DNA from: Lama glama
Lineage: Eukaryota
NCBI GenBank assembly: GCA_028534125.1
Contig: CM052816.1
Span: 65,846,001-65,906,000 of the forward strand
Reading direction: 5' to 3'
Length of the DNA: 60,000 bases
The notes under the pieces: generated by a model
What the model saw: the letters and a program-made list of their open reading frames with translations, nothing else
Told to the model about the DNA's origin: nothing
Database searches by the model: none
Made by a program: the position numbers and the translations under genes
In this document: one piece after another, positions 13,618 to 25,924 of the stretch
Position numbering within the stretch: the first letter of the stretch is position 1
Layout of the letters: every line of letters begins with the position of its first letter

Positions 13618-13825
13618 TATCATTCATTCATTTTTTCAATTGCACAATATTTATTGAGTGCTTCCTACAGGCCAGGCACTGTTCTAGTTACTGGAGATAT
13701 AGGAGGATGTAAGGCAGGCAATTCCTGGGCTCATGGAAGTTATGTTCCACTGGGTGAGACCCACCGTAAAGAACACAAGAATTTCAGATCTGATAAGACC
13801 TGTGAAGTGGATGAAGCACAATAAC
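13618..13825 (-). mobile_element. L2 3' end
   Basis: CATTCATTCA...AATATTTATTGAGTGCTTCCTA.AGGCCAGGCACTGTTCTAG. Confidence 0.75.
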
Positions 13826-15181
13826 ATCGTATTTTTCAGGGGTGTGACTTTTACCAAACATCCCCTCTTTTTATTGGAAACTCCCTGAAGCAAGTACTAC
13901 CTCTTATTTATTTGTGTTTACCATAGTGACCCCAAAATACTTACTGATCCATCTTCGTTAAGTATGCGACACTATTCTAAATAGATAGTATTTAATCATT
14001 GGGGATTCATGTGAAGTTGGATTAAGTTGATCATGTCTTAATTACAGTTGATATTGCTTAGAAAGACGCATTTTACACTATGGAAGCCTTCACAGATGTC
14101 ACAGTGTTGGTAGGTTCTGTTATAAATCGTTGACTGAAGCTGTTTGGAAATGTAAGAACTAGTTTCACCTTCAACTCTCTACCGTTGACTTCAGGTGAAA
14201 TCAAGACAGATTTTGCTAGGCCTTAATCGTCCCCTTAATCTCTGTGGACCCTCCCACTCTAACCCTATCAGACTCCCACTTCTCATTTAGAAAAATCTGA
14301 AAGGTTAGTCATCTACTTACATTTAATAACACACCCAACCTTGTGCTGATTTTTGTGATAAATATGAGGAAGCATGAAATCCCTGTTAATATATACTCTG
14401 TATACAATGCCTAACAATGATGCATGATGACTCAAATTAAAATAAAAAAGGTCCTATTCATCGGTACAGAATTCCCTTTGAATTTTTTGACAGCTGATCC
14501 TGTCTAACTTAGTGTATTTAACCTTGTTTTTAAATGTTGGGGTGTGTATGTGTGTCTGTGTTACTGATTGCTAAAGGTACCAGATTCTGAATTAGTACTT
14601 GGCAGCATCAGCATTCATTGCATAAAATAAGTGTGTGGTCCAAAGGAATTAGGCATGATCTTTCTAAACATCAACTAACAGCTACAAAATAAGGAGTAAT
14701 TACAACTACCTTAAGGGATTGTTTTTAATATTGGAAAAGAAAACATAGATAAAGAACCAAGTGAATAGTAGGCCTTAAATAAATGCAAGTTTCCTTCTGC
14801 CTTCTCTGAGTAACCAAATTATTCATTCAACTGGTCTCTCAGAGTTTGGTTAATGATTATTAGCTAAAGAGTAACAATGAAGATTTTCATTTTTTTCATC
14901 AAGTCCACTAGGATTGGTTTCATGGTTGGATGGAATAAGCGCTTGCCATTTCATCACAAGTAATTCTCCAGAACTTTTTTTGTTAAAGGCCTGAGATGTC
15001 TACCAGTGGAAATTAACCCCACTGGGTTAAGTTATTGCTGTTTACTATACCTACTATTAAAATTTAAGTAACTGCTATTTGCCCCCTGTTGCATTAGCCA
15101 GTCTATATAAAGGAGTTTCTTAGATGTTAGTAAAACAGTGAGTCAGTGAGTCCTAAACGATGGTTAAAAGGAAATCCGGTA

Positions 15182-15396
15182 CCTAAGTACTACATATGAA
15201 ATAGATAAACAAGTTCATACTGTATAGCACAGGGAACTGAAACTGTATTCAATATCTTGTAGTAACCTATAATGAAAAAGAATATGAAAAGGAATATATG
15301 CATGTATATGTATGACTGAAACATTATGTTGTACACCAGAAATTGAACACAACATTGTAAACTGATTATACTTCAGTAAAAAGGAATGCAAAAAAA
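15182..15396 (+). mobile_element. L1 3' end (camelid type), 5'-truncated
   Basis: Same family as 278-458. TSD AAAAGGAAATC(C/T)GGTA at 15166-15181 and 15397-15412. Confidence 0.9.
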
Positions 15397-15864
15397 AAAA
15401 GGAAATCTGGTAACACAACCAGCACCCTCACGTCAAACTTACTTGATTTGGCTTCACAGTGTTGGCCAGAGAGTATTTTATAAATTTTGGATTAGCACCA
15501 ACATTTAAAAAGGGGAAGATCTCAAACGATTCCAAATTTCTTTACAAATGAAAAAAGTTGATCATGTCAGGATCTCATTCCTGGAGGATAAGTCACTCTT
15601 TAAAAAGGAGTGGCTTGTTATGGACATCTGATTACTCCAATAAAAATCTTCAAATGGGTCAGTGACCTTTGCCATTGTTTTTTCATTTTCTCCCAAAGCA
15701 TCCTGTTAAACTGTACCTAGTTCTCAGCCTTGAAGGACAAACAGAAAATGGTCCCTCTGGATTCATAAATACTCTTGAGACAGAATCATAATACAGCTGT
15801 AGTATTTTTAAGATTTATTCCAGAATCCTAACAATTGAAAAAAAAAGAGAGATACTATCTTCTT

Positions 15865-16095
15865 TAATAGTAAGAGTTGACATTTATTGAGTCATTGACT
15901 ACATACTGAGCACTGTTCTAAGCATTTTACCTGCATCGTCTAATATAATTCTCCCAACCACCCTGGATATATTCATTTTACAGTTGAACAGACCGAGGCA
16001 TAGAAGGTAAAGCAAGGCGACTCAGGTAAGGAGCCACACTGGGATTTACACCTTGTCACTCTGACTCTGCGGTGTTCCTAACTGCTGTCTGATAC
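15865..16095 (-). mobile_element. MIR SINE
   Basis: ACATTTATTGAG...GCACTGTTCTAAGCATTTTAC...CATTTTACAG...ACCGAGGCATAGA. Confidence 0.8.
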
Positions 16096-17259
16096 TGCTT
16101 TTGTTTTGCCTAGTGTGTTAGCCTCAGGGCTTCAACTGGAGGCGTTGGGATTTATTCAAGATGGAAAATACTGTTGTATTGTCTCATCATTTAAGAAACA
16201 GAAAGATAGGACCACCACGTTTAAGGCCTCCAAAGACACAGCTCACATCATGTTTGTGTAAATGGTTCCCCCTGGAGTCGTGCAGCATACAGTCTGCACA
16301 GACATACCTGATGGCCCTGCTAACAGGATTCCTCACACAAAAGGTTTTACTTTTCATTCCTTTAAAGGAGTTTCAGTGAGACTGGCTGCCCCCAAAACAG
16401 CTTCTACTTAGGTCTCTTCTCATGCTAGGAATCAAAGATCATTATGGTTTCCACATTTTTTTATATAATCTGAAGTCATTCAGGCATTTCTTCAAGGTGA
16501 ATTGAAATTCTCTGTAGCCATTTCTTCTGCTGCATGTCATGTTAAGCAGTGGTTGAAGACATATGACCTCAGAAATAATCTCTAAGGAATTGGATTCAGG
16601 TTGCTCACAGATTATTTCTCCAGGATAGGCAAGTATGGTGGTGGCTTTTCTATGCTGTTATGGAATTTAGTATGAAATGACAATGACCCTGCAGCCAGAT
16701 TGTGCGCAGTGGCATGTGATTCCTTTTGAGTCAGGAGAGTCACTCAAGCATTAAAATTTGACCTCATGGCCTACCTGCACACGCACCGGCCAGTTACAAA
16801 AGGTCAAGAATTCCTCAGCATTACTGTAGCCATAACATTTCCATCATAGGACCAAGTTAGGTAACAAAGACAAGAAGGAAAAAAAAAGCACTTGGTTATT
16901 GGGGCCTCTGCTGAATATTTGTGCTACTTCAAGAGAATATGTTCCATTTATCCTTTAAAAATAAAGTTCATTTCAGGGAAAAAGAGTATCAGTCATACCC
17001 ACTGGGCAATCGAGCAGAATGAGAGCCAGAGAGTTAACTCAGATAAACCTGTTTCACTGTGGGCTGAAATCTTGTCTTCCTGTTTCCAGTTTCTCTAACT
17101 GAAGTAGAAACCTAGCCCCAGTTCAAAGCTATATCCCTGGGCCTGAAAAAAAAAATTAAGCTGACCTTCAGAGGAACTCTCATACATCTTCCTTCACTGT
17201 GGGGGGATGCTGAGGCCCCAGCAGTTACCTTAGTGCATAAGTCACTAGGCAGGTGACTT

Positions 17260-17516
17260 TTTTTGAGTTTAATGTTTTTTTTAATTAAAGTATAGTCAGT
17301 TTACAGTGTTGTGTTAATTTCTGGTGTACAGCATAGTGATTCATTTATATACATTTTTATTCCTTTTCATATTCTTTTTTATTATAGGCCATTACAAGGT
17401 ACTGAATAGAGTTCCCTGTGCTATACAGTAGATCCTGGTTATTTATCTATTTTATATATAGTAGTTAGTATCAATAAATCTCTAAGTCCCAAGTTATCCC
17501 CTCTTACCCCCGTTCT
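17260..17516 (-). mobile_element. L1 3' end (camelid type), 5'-truncated
   Basis: Antisense copy of the same 3'UTR. TSD CTAGGCAGG(T/C)GA(C/T)TT at 17245-17259 and 17517-17531. Confidence 0.9.
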
Positions 17517-17934
17517 CTAGGCAGGCGATTTAAAGGACAATTTAACAAATGATTTTGGTACAACTGACAACAGTATCATTGTTTGAGTTTGGTCATTCAA
17601 GCACCCAAACCCAGATTCATCACCTCACAGTCTCATATGTTCAGTTATTATAGAGAAAACCTTAAGGAGAATAGTATTTTTCTTCCCAACTAAACTATTA
17701 GATCCTTCAGGGTGGCAACCACATCTTATGCTTTTTTAATTATCCACATGCCTAGTGAGCTGTATCATGAGTAAGTCCCTGCAGTGAAGGCTGGGTGCCT
17801 TACTTCACCTCATTAGCAAAGTAAAGTATAACTCCTAATTGTCACTGTAGTTTGCAGGAAATAACACACTATCTGGAAATATGAAATATGTTTCCTTGCA
17901 TGAATCACTTCTTACCAGAATTCTGTTTCCTCCT

Positions 17935-18421
17935 GGGGCTCTCTTGTCCATGGCACGCACCATGGGCCTCAGTGTCTAGAGCCTATGAGCTTTTTATGGG
18001 CCCATGAAAATATTTGAGAACTGAAACAATGAGGTAATTGACTCCAAAATACAAAAAGAAAATGGCAAAATCCTGATTAAAGTTTAATTAAATGTCCAAA
18101 AATGTAACATTATGTCCACTTCAATAACTGTCAAATGAGTATTTATAAAAGCTTTATGACATCTGGAAAAAAAATTTGTGGGCTGAATTTATTTTTTTTC
18201 ATTTCCTAGGTGTTTTCGAGTCTTTTGGATAATTGCAAAGAAATCAGGGTTAGTCGTTAGCTAAATGCGTTTAATAGTAGCCAGATAATTTCAAAAGGAA
18301 AATTATAAAGATCCTCCCTAATTTTTCATAACAAAAACATTGTATAATGTGGGAAGTGGGCCCATCTTAATATACTAGATGTGATGTGTAACGGGGCTTA
18401 GGAAGGTGTTGAAACAGCCCT
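17935..18421. mobile_element. Probable old hAT (Tip100-like) DNA transposon remnant
   Basis: GC-rich ends (GGGCT...CTAGAGCCTATGAG...GGGCCCATGAAAAT and ...GAAACAGCCCT) flanking an AT-rich interior. Family uncertain. Confidence 0.35.
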
Positions 18422-19464
18422 ACTTAAACTGCTATCCATTTGCAGGATTATTTTTAAAATAACTTCTTTTTTATTTATTAACTTTTTAAATAAAATGGTA
18501 CTTTGATGGTAATTTTGAGTTGCCATAAGGTAACTCTTAAGTAAAAGGTTAACTATCTGCAGAGAAGTCTGTGTGTCAACCAGGGACTTAGTCCTGGGAG
18601 AACTAACTCATGGAAGGACTGTCACTGAAGGAAATCTTCAATTTCATGGACTTGGAGGGGAGAGCTTTTCCTCTTCTCTCCTCATATGGAATAACAATGT
18701 GCTCTGACAGCAGAGAGCATTGTGGCATTATTTCTTCTAGCTCATTTGCCGTTGACTTTCCATAAAGCAACTTCTGCCAGTTACCAGCTTTAAGACTCAA
18801 CTTCATCGCAAAAATATCAGACAGGCAAACTCTTTAAGAACATAAGGTACACACTAGAGTAGTTCTTCTGAAAATCATAGTTCCGTGTTGTATGCAAGAA
18901 TTTTTGTTTTAGAGTTCACTGCCTGCCTGGAATGAACAGCCTGTCTTTCTCCCCAGAAGAGCACAGGTTGATACACAAGGTCAAGTTAAACAGTGTCTAA
19001 GTCTGTTTTCCTATCCCTTAGATAGGAATTATCTGTGCTAAAAGCAAAATTTAGCTGCAAATATAATACACCTATAGAAATTGTTCTTTGAGTAAGGAAG
19101 GAAAGTTAGTCTTCCTTTTGAGAAAAGGAGCAACATAGAATAAAAAGGCTTTTTTTTTCCCCCAAAAGTTACTATTGACGAGCACATTTCTACATACATC
19201 TATAGTCTGGTATCTAAATACTTGAAATATTTCTAAGTTTTAATTCCTACAATGAAAATAATGATGAATTCTAACCATTTCAATGTCATGTCCACAAAAA
19301 TAACTCTCACAAGGAGTGAAAGTTTATCCATCTCATCATCTTTGTCTTGGAATTGCTTTAAAAAGTTTAAAATTTTTTTCCCTCTTGAGATGCTATCTGT
19401 GATACTATTTGTTTAGTTCTTGAAGTCCTACTTTTACCCAGGTGATGGCTCTCCTAAAAGACAA

Positions 19465-19640
19465 ATCTAAGTCCCCGCCTACCAAGGCCTTGAGCAAGCT
19501 GCTTCACCTCCTCCAGATCTGTTTCCTCAGTTGTCTGGTGGAGAAAACTATAGTACTTAGCTCATGAGTTTGTTTTAAATATTAATGAGGTGACATACTT
19601 GTGTGAGCATCTTACCTGGTGCCTGGCACGTGGTAAGCCT
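19465..19640 (+). mobile_element. MIR SINE
   Basis: CCTTGAGCAAGCTGCTTCACCTC...TGTTTCCTCA...GTGCCTGGCACGTGGTAAG. Confidence 0.75.
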
Positions 19641-20078
19641 GAGCTCTGGCCTCTTCTTCCACTCAGTTCACTGGAGAACACTCTCTGTATTTTAGTTCCC
19701 TCATCTGATAAGTAGGTATATAAAGGCTTCACATGGCTGATGTAAAAGTAAATGTGTGAATAATGTAAAACACTCAGTGACTCCAAACAGGTCCTTAAGA
19801 GCCCTGGCCAGAACCAGCTTCCCATCCAGAGGCCCAGCTTTCTCAGTCATAGGCTGATGGGTGGCTGACTTTGGCAGATTTAATGGGTCACCAGAAGTCT
19901 CCTCTCATTTTCCTGCCAACATGTGGTGAAACTCTTCATGGAAAAGTCATTTCTTTGAATTGAGCTTTTGAAAGATGCCTGTTAGAATTCAAATACGTTA
20001 TCTGGATTTATAGCACATGACATAATCGCTTCTCCAGATGAAGGCTGTTTCTCCTAAACACATAGGAAAGACTCTTTC

Positions 20079-20259
20079 AGGGGGAGTGTATAGCTCAGTG
20101 GTAGAGTATGTGCTTAGCATGCACGAGGTCCTGGGTTCAACTCCCAGTACTTCCATCAAAATAAATAAGTAAATAAATAAACCTAATTACCTACCCCCAA
20201 AACAGAAACAAGCAAAAAATCCAAAAATAAATAAATAATATATTAAAAGAAGAAAGAAA
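20079..20259 (+). mobile_element. tRNA-derived SINE (Vic-1-like)
   Basis: GGGGAGTGTATAGCTCAGTGGTAGAG...GGTCCTGGGTTCAA with an A-rich tail. TSD GAAAGACTCTTTC at 20066-20078 and 20260-20272. Confidence 0.93.
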
Positions 20260-20584
20260 GAAAGACTCTTTCTCGCCTTAAAAATGATGCTGGGGTCAGC
20301 TCGGTGCCTGCCTACGACTTCTCCCAGCATATGTTTTTACCCAGTTCTTTTTCCTTTGGGAGAAAATTTTTACTGTAAAGATGTAGAAACTTGTTTCGGC
20401 AAAGAAAGTGTGAAAAGCAGCTTTCAGAGATAGAAGTTATGAAAAAGAAGACAGACAAGACTCAGTTTTTGAAATCTAATTCCAGCCATGAAGCAAACGC
20501 CACAAAAGGGCACAGGAAGAAAATCTGTAAAAGGCATATCTGCCCCTATTGACCAAAAATGTCCTCCGTGGTTAAGCTGACACC

Positions 20585-20960
20585 TCATGAGCCAGATATT
20601 GTGCTAGATACTGGGAATACAAAGATGTATTGGGAATACAGAGAATAATAATCAAAATCAACCTAAGATGTTCACCAGATTGAAAGGAACCAAAGAAACT
20701 GAACTCTTTCAAAGAGTTGATCTTGGAGGCAGCTTGCCTTTACTGCTTTTGTTAGATCTTGAAGGGAGATGGGGGAGAAGGTGAGAAACTCACCAGGCAG
20801 GGGAGACGGCATGGACAGACTCAGGGTGAAGCACGTGCGATATGTGTGGATGCCATCACAGGAGAAGCTGTCATTGATTCCATAAGGAATAGGAAGCTCT
20901 TGAAGGTTTTTAAGCACGGGATTTAACACTGTATGTTTTGTGTCTTTAAATGATAACCCA
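20585..20960 (-). mobile_element. L2 fragments
   Basis: GCCAGATATTGTGCTAGATACTGGGAATACAAAGATG and ATAGGAAGCTCTTGAAGGTTTTTAAGCA. Confidence 0.55.
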
Positions 20961-21164
20961 AAGAATAACCCTTAGACGTATAAAATTAGCAGCAAGATGC
21001 TATTCACAATCTGTTACATAAAGGCGATCAGGGGAGGGTCAAAACTAAGACGGAAACAGAAAACATTTTTTTTAAATCGAAGTAGGAGCATTGTATACTT
21101 TAAACTTGTAAAGCTGCTTTCCTTCAAATTTATTGAATTCTCTTTTAATATATTTTTAATGGTA

Positions 21165-21375
21165 GGTATTATTTATTGAGCCTTTACTATATGCCAAACA
21201 CTTTGCCTAGGTTTTACATGTCTCATTTAATCCTCACAAAACCTTATTTTATCTCCATTTTTTAGTCAAGGAAACTGAAGCTTAGAAAAGATTAAGTAAT
21301 TTGTTCAAGGTTAAACGTTAGTGGAGTTTGGATTCATACCCAGGCAACCTGACCTCAAAGGCTACTTTTTAACTT
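21165..21375 (-). mobile_element. MIR SINE
   Basis: ATTTATTGAGCCTTTACTATATGCCA...TCTCATTTAATCCTCAC...GAAACTGAAGCTTAGA. Confidence 0.8.
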
Positions 21376-22089
21376 GTTTCTGTATATCCTCCTTAATTAA
21401 TAGACATTGTCTCAAGGAGCAGACCTTTTACATTAAATAGAATTTACTTGTAATGTACGGTCAAGGGGCAATTACTTTAGTTGCCTGAATTATTTTACCA
21501 TTATTTTACTTTTAACAGGGGCAAGGGAAAATGTTATCAAACAAATGTAAATGAAATGAGCTCAATGAAAGTTTGCTTTCTAGTAAATCAATTTTATTCA
21601 TTGTCTATTGCATCAGGTATTAAATTACCACTAAAGCACATTCTATGTGCATTTACTTCTGACAGATTAGTTTCCGAATCCTATCTTAATGAAAATCTCA
21701 ATTCATCTCACAATGTTAGAAACAAGGGCCTCATTTGGTGATGTGATTTTTCCAGTTATTTGATCTCTTTCAAAAAATCTTTTAAAAATTATTTTCATAA
21801 TATAATTTAATTTTAGACTATAACAATTATCCCTTGAGATAGGTTGATAGAGATAGGAACCACTTGATTAAACAGAGGGTCTACCGTGAATCTGAAATCA
21901 GAATTAAAGATATAACATGAGCTGTAACTTGGATAAGTGCTGATAACGTTTGTATACACTTAAACAAAGCAACAGTTAAAAAGATGATTTAAAAGAAAAC
22001 ACGCCAGACATTAGTCGAGGCAATGAAATTTTTGCTCTTGACCATGTCTATGTAATAGCAAGTAATGCTTTATAAACAGAGTCAGTAAT

Positions 22090-22260
22090 GGGGAGAAGGG
22101 TGTAGCTCAGTGGTAGAGTGTGTGCTTAGCATACATGAGGTCCTGGGTTCAATCCCTGGTACCCATTAAGATAAACAAGTAAAGAAATAAACCAATATTA
22201 CTTCCCCTGAAAAACAAAAAACACAAGCAAAAATAAATTAATAAAATAAAATATAAGAAA
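22090..22260 (+). mobile_element. tRNA-derived SINE (Vic-1-like)
   Basis: GTGTAGCTCAGTGGTAGAG...GGTCCTGGGTTCAATCCC. Degenerate TSD AGAGTCAGTAATG / AGAGTCAGCGATG at 22078-22090 and 22261-22273. Confidence 0.9.
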
Positions 22261-22419
22261 AGAGTCAGCGATGAATAAAGCAAGTACATTGATTTCTCAA
22301 GGTGAGAATTGTTACTTAAACCTTTTATTTCCAATGCTTTGCTTTTCTCTTTAAGAACAAGACATATAGAACAAGACTGGATATCAGATTCTCAGTGTAA
22401 CATTAACCTTTAGCCTTTT

Positions 22420-22675
22420 TGATTCCACTTATATCAATATTTAAATTCATGGAGACAGAAAGCAGAATGTGGTTGTCAGGGGCTGGGAGGAGTGGGGGGT
22501 GGGGGGCTATTGTTTAACCCATAGAGTGTTGCCATTTGGGAAGATGAAAAAGTCCTGGAGATGGATGGTGATGATGGCTGCACAATAGTGTGAAGGTACT
22601 TAATGCCAGTGGGCTGTACACGAAAAAAGTTAAAATGGTAAATGTTATGTTATGTATATTTTACTACAATAAAAT
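22420..22675 (+). mobile_element. L1MB-like 3' end
   Basis: AAATTCATGGAGACAGAAAG...GGAGATGGATGGTGATGATGGCTGCACAA...TATATTTTACTACAATAAAA. Confidence 0.88.
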
Positions 22676-24199
22676 ATTTAATCTTGACCTATCCTTATAG
22701 AAGGTCAAAATATATTTAGTCATTTGATAAAGAGAATTTTTAAATACTTGGGCTTAGGTAGGCATAGCTAATTCCTTCATTTTAAAGTAAAATCTATAGA
22801 TTGCCAGCTTTAAAATTGTGACTAAAAGACCTACCCCATTTTTCTCTAAAAACATCCCTCACATCAATGACATGAGGGAGCTCTGAATATAGGGATTGTA
22901 CAAAGATGTTTACAATGTACACCCATCTACAAGTCCTCACTCCTTTTCAATATACTCAATATACTCCACATCCCTCTCTGTGGAAGACAGAGATTCTGGA
23001 ATAATAGGCAGAGAGAGAAGGAGGGATGGCTGTAAAACAGGAGAATGAAACAAACATCTGCACCTGAGCAGTAAGACCTCCACCTCACTTCTGCCCATGC
23101 CAGAACACGAGCAGGCAGATTTACATCCATCCCTAGAAAAAGCAAACTTCCCCAGAGGAAAAAAATCTTGCAGTGACATTTAGGGTGGCCAAATAAAATG
23201 CCTCCTGGGCACCTAAACACATTACAGTAAATCTCCTGGAACGCAAGCCTCACCCATGCATCCAGAATCTCCCATCACCCTTCTGGGGTTCCACCTCATA
23301 TACGAACTGGTGTCAAGGATCAACGCAGGAGTTTGATGATGTTACTCTCACCCCGTTTGAGGAGCTATTTGCATGCATTTGTTTAATATCATTTGAATAC
23401 TTAAGAATGAGGTGAAATTTGCAAAGATGCACTTAAGTTGAGAATAAAGAACATAAAGAGTGAAAGATAGAGAAGAGGGGGTAGAATACAAAGGAAATAC
23501 AATAGCACTTATGAAACTTTCAGTGAAATAATTTATTTGATCCAAACAATGTGTTTTTAAAAAAAAACAATATTTTGAATTAGTGCAGCATTCTGAAAGT
23601 CAATTATAAAGTGCATGTCTTGTCAATATTACTGATCCCATGCAGAAATGTTGATTCTAATTTTAAAAACTAGTTGTCTTCACCTTTTAATGGACAATGT
23701 AATTTGCTGATGAATGTTGAAATCTATACATTATCAGAAATCTCACATATTGTTCCCCTTTTAAATGATCATTTGCTAGCCAGTATTCCCAACAAGGCAA
23801 TCAAAATGCCATCTGTTGTGTAAATAACAGCAAACCACCCTTATGCACTGTATGGCTAATGACCTTATCACACTTTACAGCTAACAGACTAGTGATATTG
23901 TCATATATACCCTCATCATAGTGTTTACGAGCCTAAAAATTAGAAACAAGGACAGTGAACTCAGATTGTTTAATCCTGGAAATCTTGAAAATCTGGGATT
24001 TACTGGCTATTAAATATGTCCATCATTACACCTGTGACATGCACACGTACACTATTTACGCTGGGTATGTATTCACTGCCACTGTTGAGCTAAGGCGGGT
24101 GGATGGCCTAAAAACAATTCCCAAAAACACAGTAGCAACTTTTAATCTTCCTCTCCTCCTTCCCCCACCCACTCCTCTCTCTCAGACACACGTGTCAGA

Positions 24200-24373
24200 T
24201 ACATCTGGATCTAGTTACTTTTTCTGCCGTCAGTGATGTGACTGAACAGATCACTAGCTTTCTTTATTCATAAAATTTTCACCCCTAACTTGCAGAGTAA
24301 TTATGATGAGTAAATAAGACAGTATATATAATGTACATAGTAGGTGATTAGTAAATAATAGTGATTATTATTA
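24200..24373 (+). mobile_element. Degenerate MIR, abutting the NSA2 retrocopy tail
   Basis: ...CATAGTAGGTGATTAGTAAATAATAGTGATTATTATT resembles the MIR 3' end. Confidence 0.55.
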
Positions 24374-25465
24374 TTTTTTATTTGTGAAGGCTTTATTGTT
24401 TTAAGCTTTGTTTTGTTTTCCATTTTAATGTTTATCTTATAACAATAGAATAGTTTTCTTGATGAATGCAGACATGTAAGGCTGATTGGTAGTATTCAGA
24501 AACATCACAGTAATAGTTTCCTGATTGATAATGTAATTTTCAGTAATTATAAGAAGTTATTTGTATGTAACTGCTATCAGACCAGTAAGACTGCATTTAT
24601 GCATCCATCATTTTCAGGATTGTTGGTAACCTGGGCATATTTTCCTCAAATGACCTTGCCTCCTTGTGTCACAAGGCCTAACTCGTCACATTCACCCCGA
24701 TGACAGTTCCTTTGGTAATAACACCCAAATTTGAATATTGTGAGGATACGGGATTATTCTTTACACCAGGTATTGGCAGGCAAAAGGTAGCTTTCAGTTC
24801 AGGATGTGTTAGGTCAGCCTTCTTGAAACGTAAGCCCATTGGCCTAATGAATCTTTCATATTTAGGTGGTTTTCGAGTAAAGCCATCTCCAAGAAAGTTG
24901 ACTTTAGTAACCATCCTCTTCCAGGCTTTCTTCTTTCTGTTTCCTGTTCGAGTAACTGTTAATACTTCTGTTTCTCCCTGGGCACGAACTCTGGGCAGCG
25001 GGACTTCCCATTTCCCCGCTGTCTCTTTTCGTTGTTGTTCACTCATGTTGGAAAGTACTTGAGCTCGGGACTGCCCCTCTCTGTCCAGTAGATACGCGGG
25101 TACTGCTCCTTGCGGAGTCTTTTCGTCCTTCTGTTTGGTGTTTCTCTTTCCGCACATCTTGATAGTCTTTTCCATTTGTATTTTCTCAGCGTGGCGCTGT
25201 TTATGGTAGAGCTTAGCTTTCAGACCTATCATCTTTTTTGCCTTCTTTGAACGTCGAGCCTCTCGGCCTTCCTTCTTCCTCTTCTTCCCATGGTAATCCA
25301 AACGGTATCCATAGCGCTCACGGTGTAACACAGTACATTCGTTCTGCGGCCTGGTGGCGGCCGCGGAGCCGCCGGGCGCAGCCGCTGGGGCGCGAAGCAG
25401 CTCTCAGTTCTCGGGTCTCAGACCCACCCAGCCGGCTCCACGCCACTAGCGATAGGGAAGGGACG
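24374..25465 (-). pseudogene. NSA2: Processed pseudogene of NSA2 (60S ribosome biogenesis factor, TINP1)
   Basis: Intronless copy of the whole CDS (25352 to 24577; ...YGYRLDYH...[22 protein letters not shown]...NNPENDGCINAVLLV*). Start codon is AGG after Kozak GCCGCCACC (25352-25350). 1-bp deletion near 24686, TGG>TGA at 24648-24646, GC-rich 5'UTR to ~25465, AATAAA at 24397-24392 and an A-rich tail remnant at ~24383-24374. Confidence 0.96.
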
Positions 25466-25489
25466 CTTCCAGCACTGTTTTAAATTAAT

Positions 25490-25830
25490 TCTTAAGTACA
25501 GCCTCGCTCTCTAATCAATGTAGAATGATTTAGTTTTTCTATTTCCTTTGTCAATTTTATTAGTTATGTTTCAAGTATTTTCCCCATGTTGCTTAAATTT
25601 TCAAATGTATTGGCATAAAGTTGCCTGTAATATATTTTCATTAATTTTGTATGTCCATAGGAACTGATTCTGGCAATCTGTGTTTTCTCAGATTAGTTCT
25701 TGATCAGTATTCCTAGGTGATTGCCAATGTATTATTCTTTATAAGGCACCAGCTTTTGGCTTTGATGATTTTCTTTTTTATATCTTTTTTTTTATGTTAT
25801 TGTTTTGTATTCTCATATTTATTTTTTAGT
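25490..25830 (-). mobile_element. Old L1 ORF2 fragment
   Basis: TTTTCAAATGTATTGGCATAAAGTTG...ACCAGCTTTTGGCTTTGATGATTTTCT is typical of old antisense L1M ORF2. Confidence 0.6.
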
Positions 25831-25924
25831 TTATTCTACTGTTAAAGTATAATTAACTATTATATTTCAAGCTTATTGATATTATATTTTATAAAATATT
25901 GTCAATCTTTCTTCTTTTCTCCTC

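Noticed and set aside
20080..20155. tRNA-like sequences (also ~7355, 22095, 48990, 50700)
   Set aside because: They have A/B boxes but also A-rich tails and TSDs, so they are SINE heads and not tRNA genes.
24678..25331. 217-aa ORF as a functional NSA2 gene
   Set aside because: The ORF starts at a GTG. The true ATG is mutated, the C-terminus is frameshifted with a nonsense codon, and there are no introns but a polyA remnant, so it is a processed pseudogene.
24700..25483. + strand ORFs of 120 aa and 81 aa
   Set aside because: Antisense shadows of the NSA2 retrocopy.
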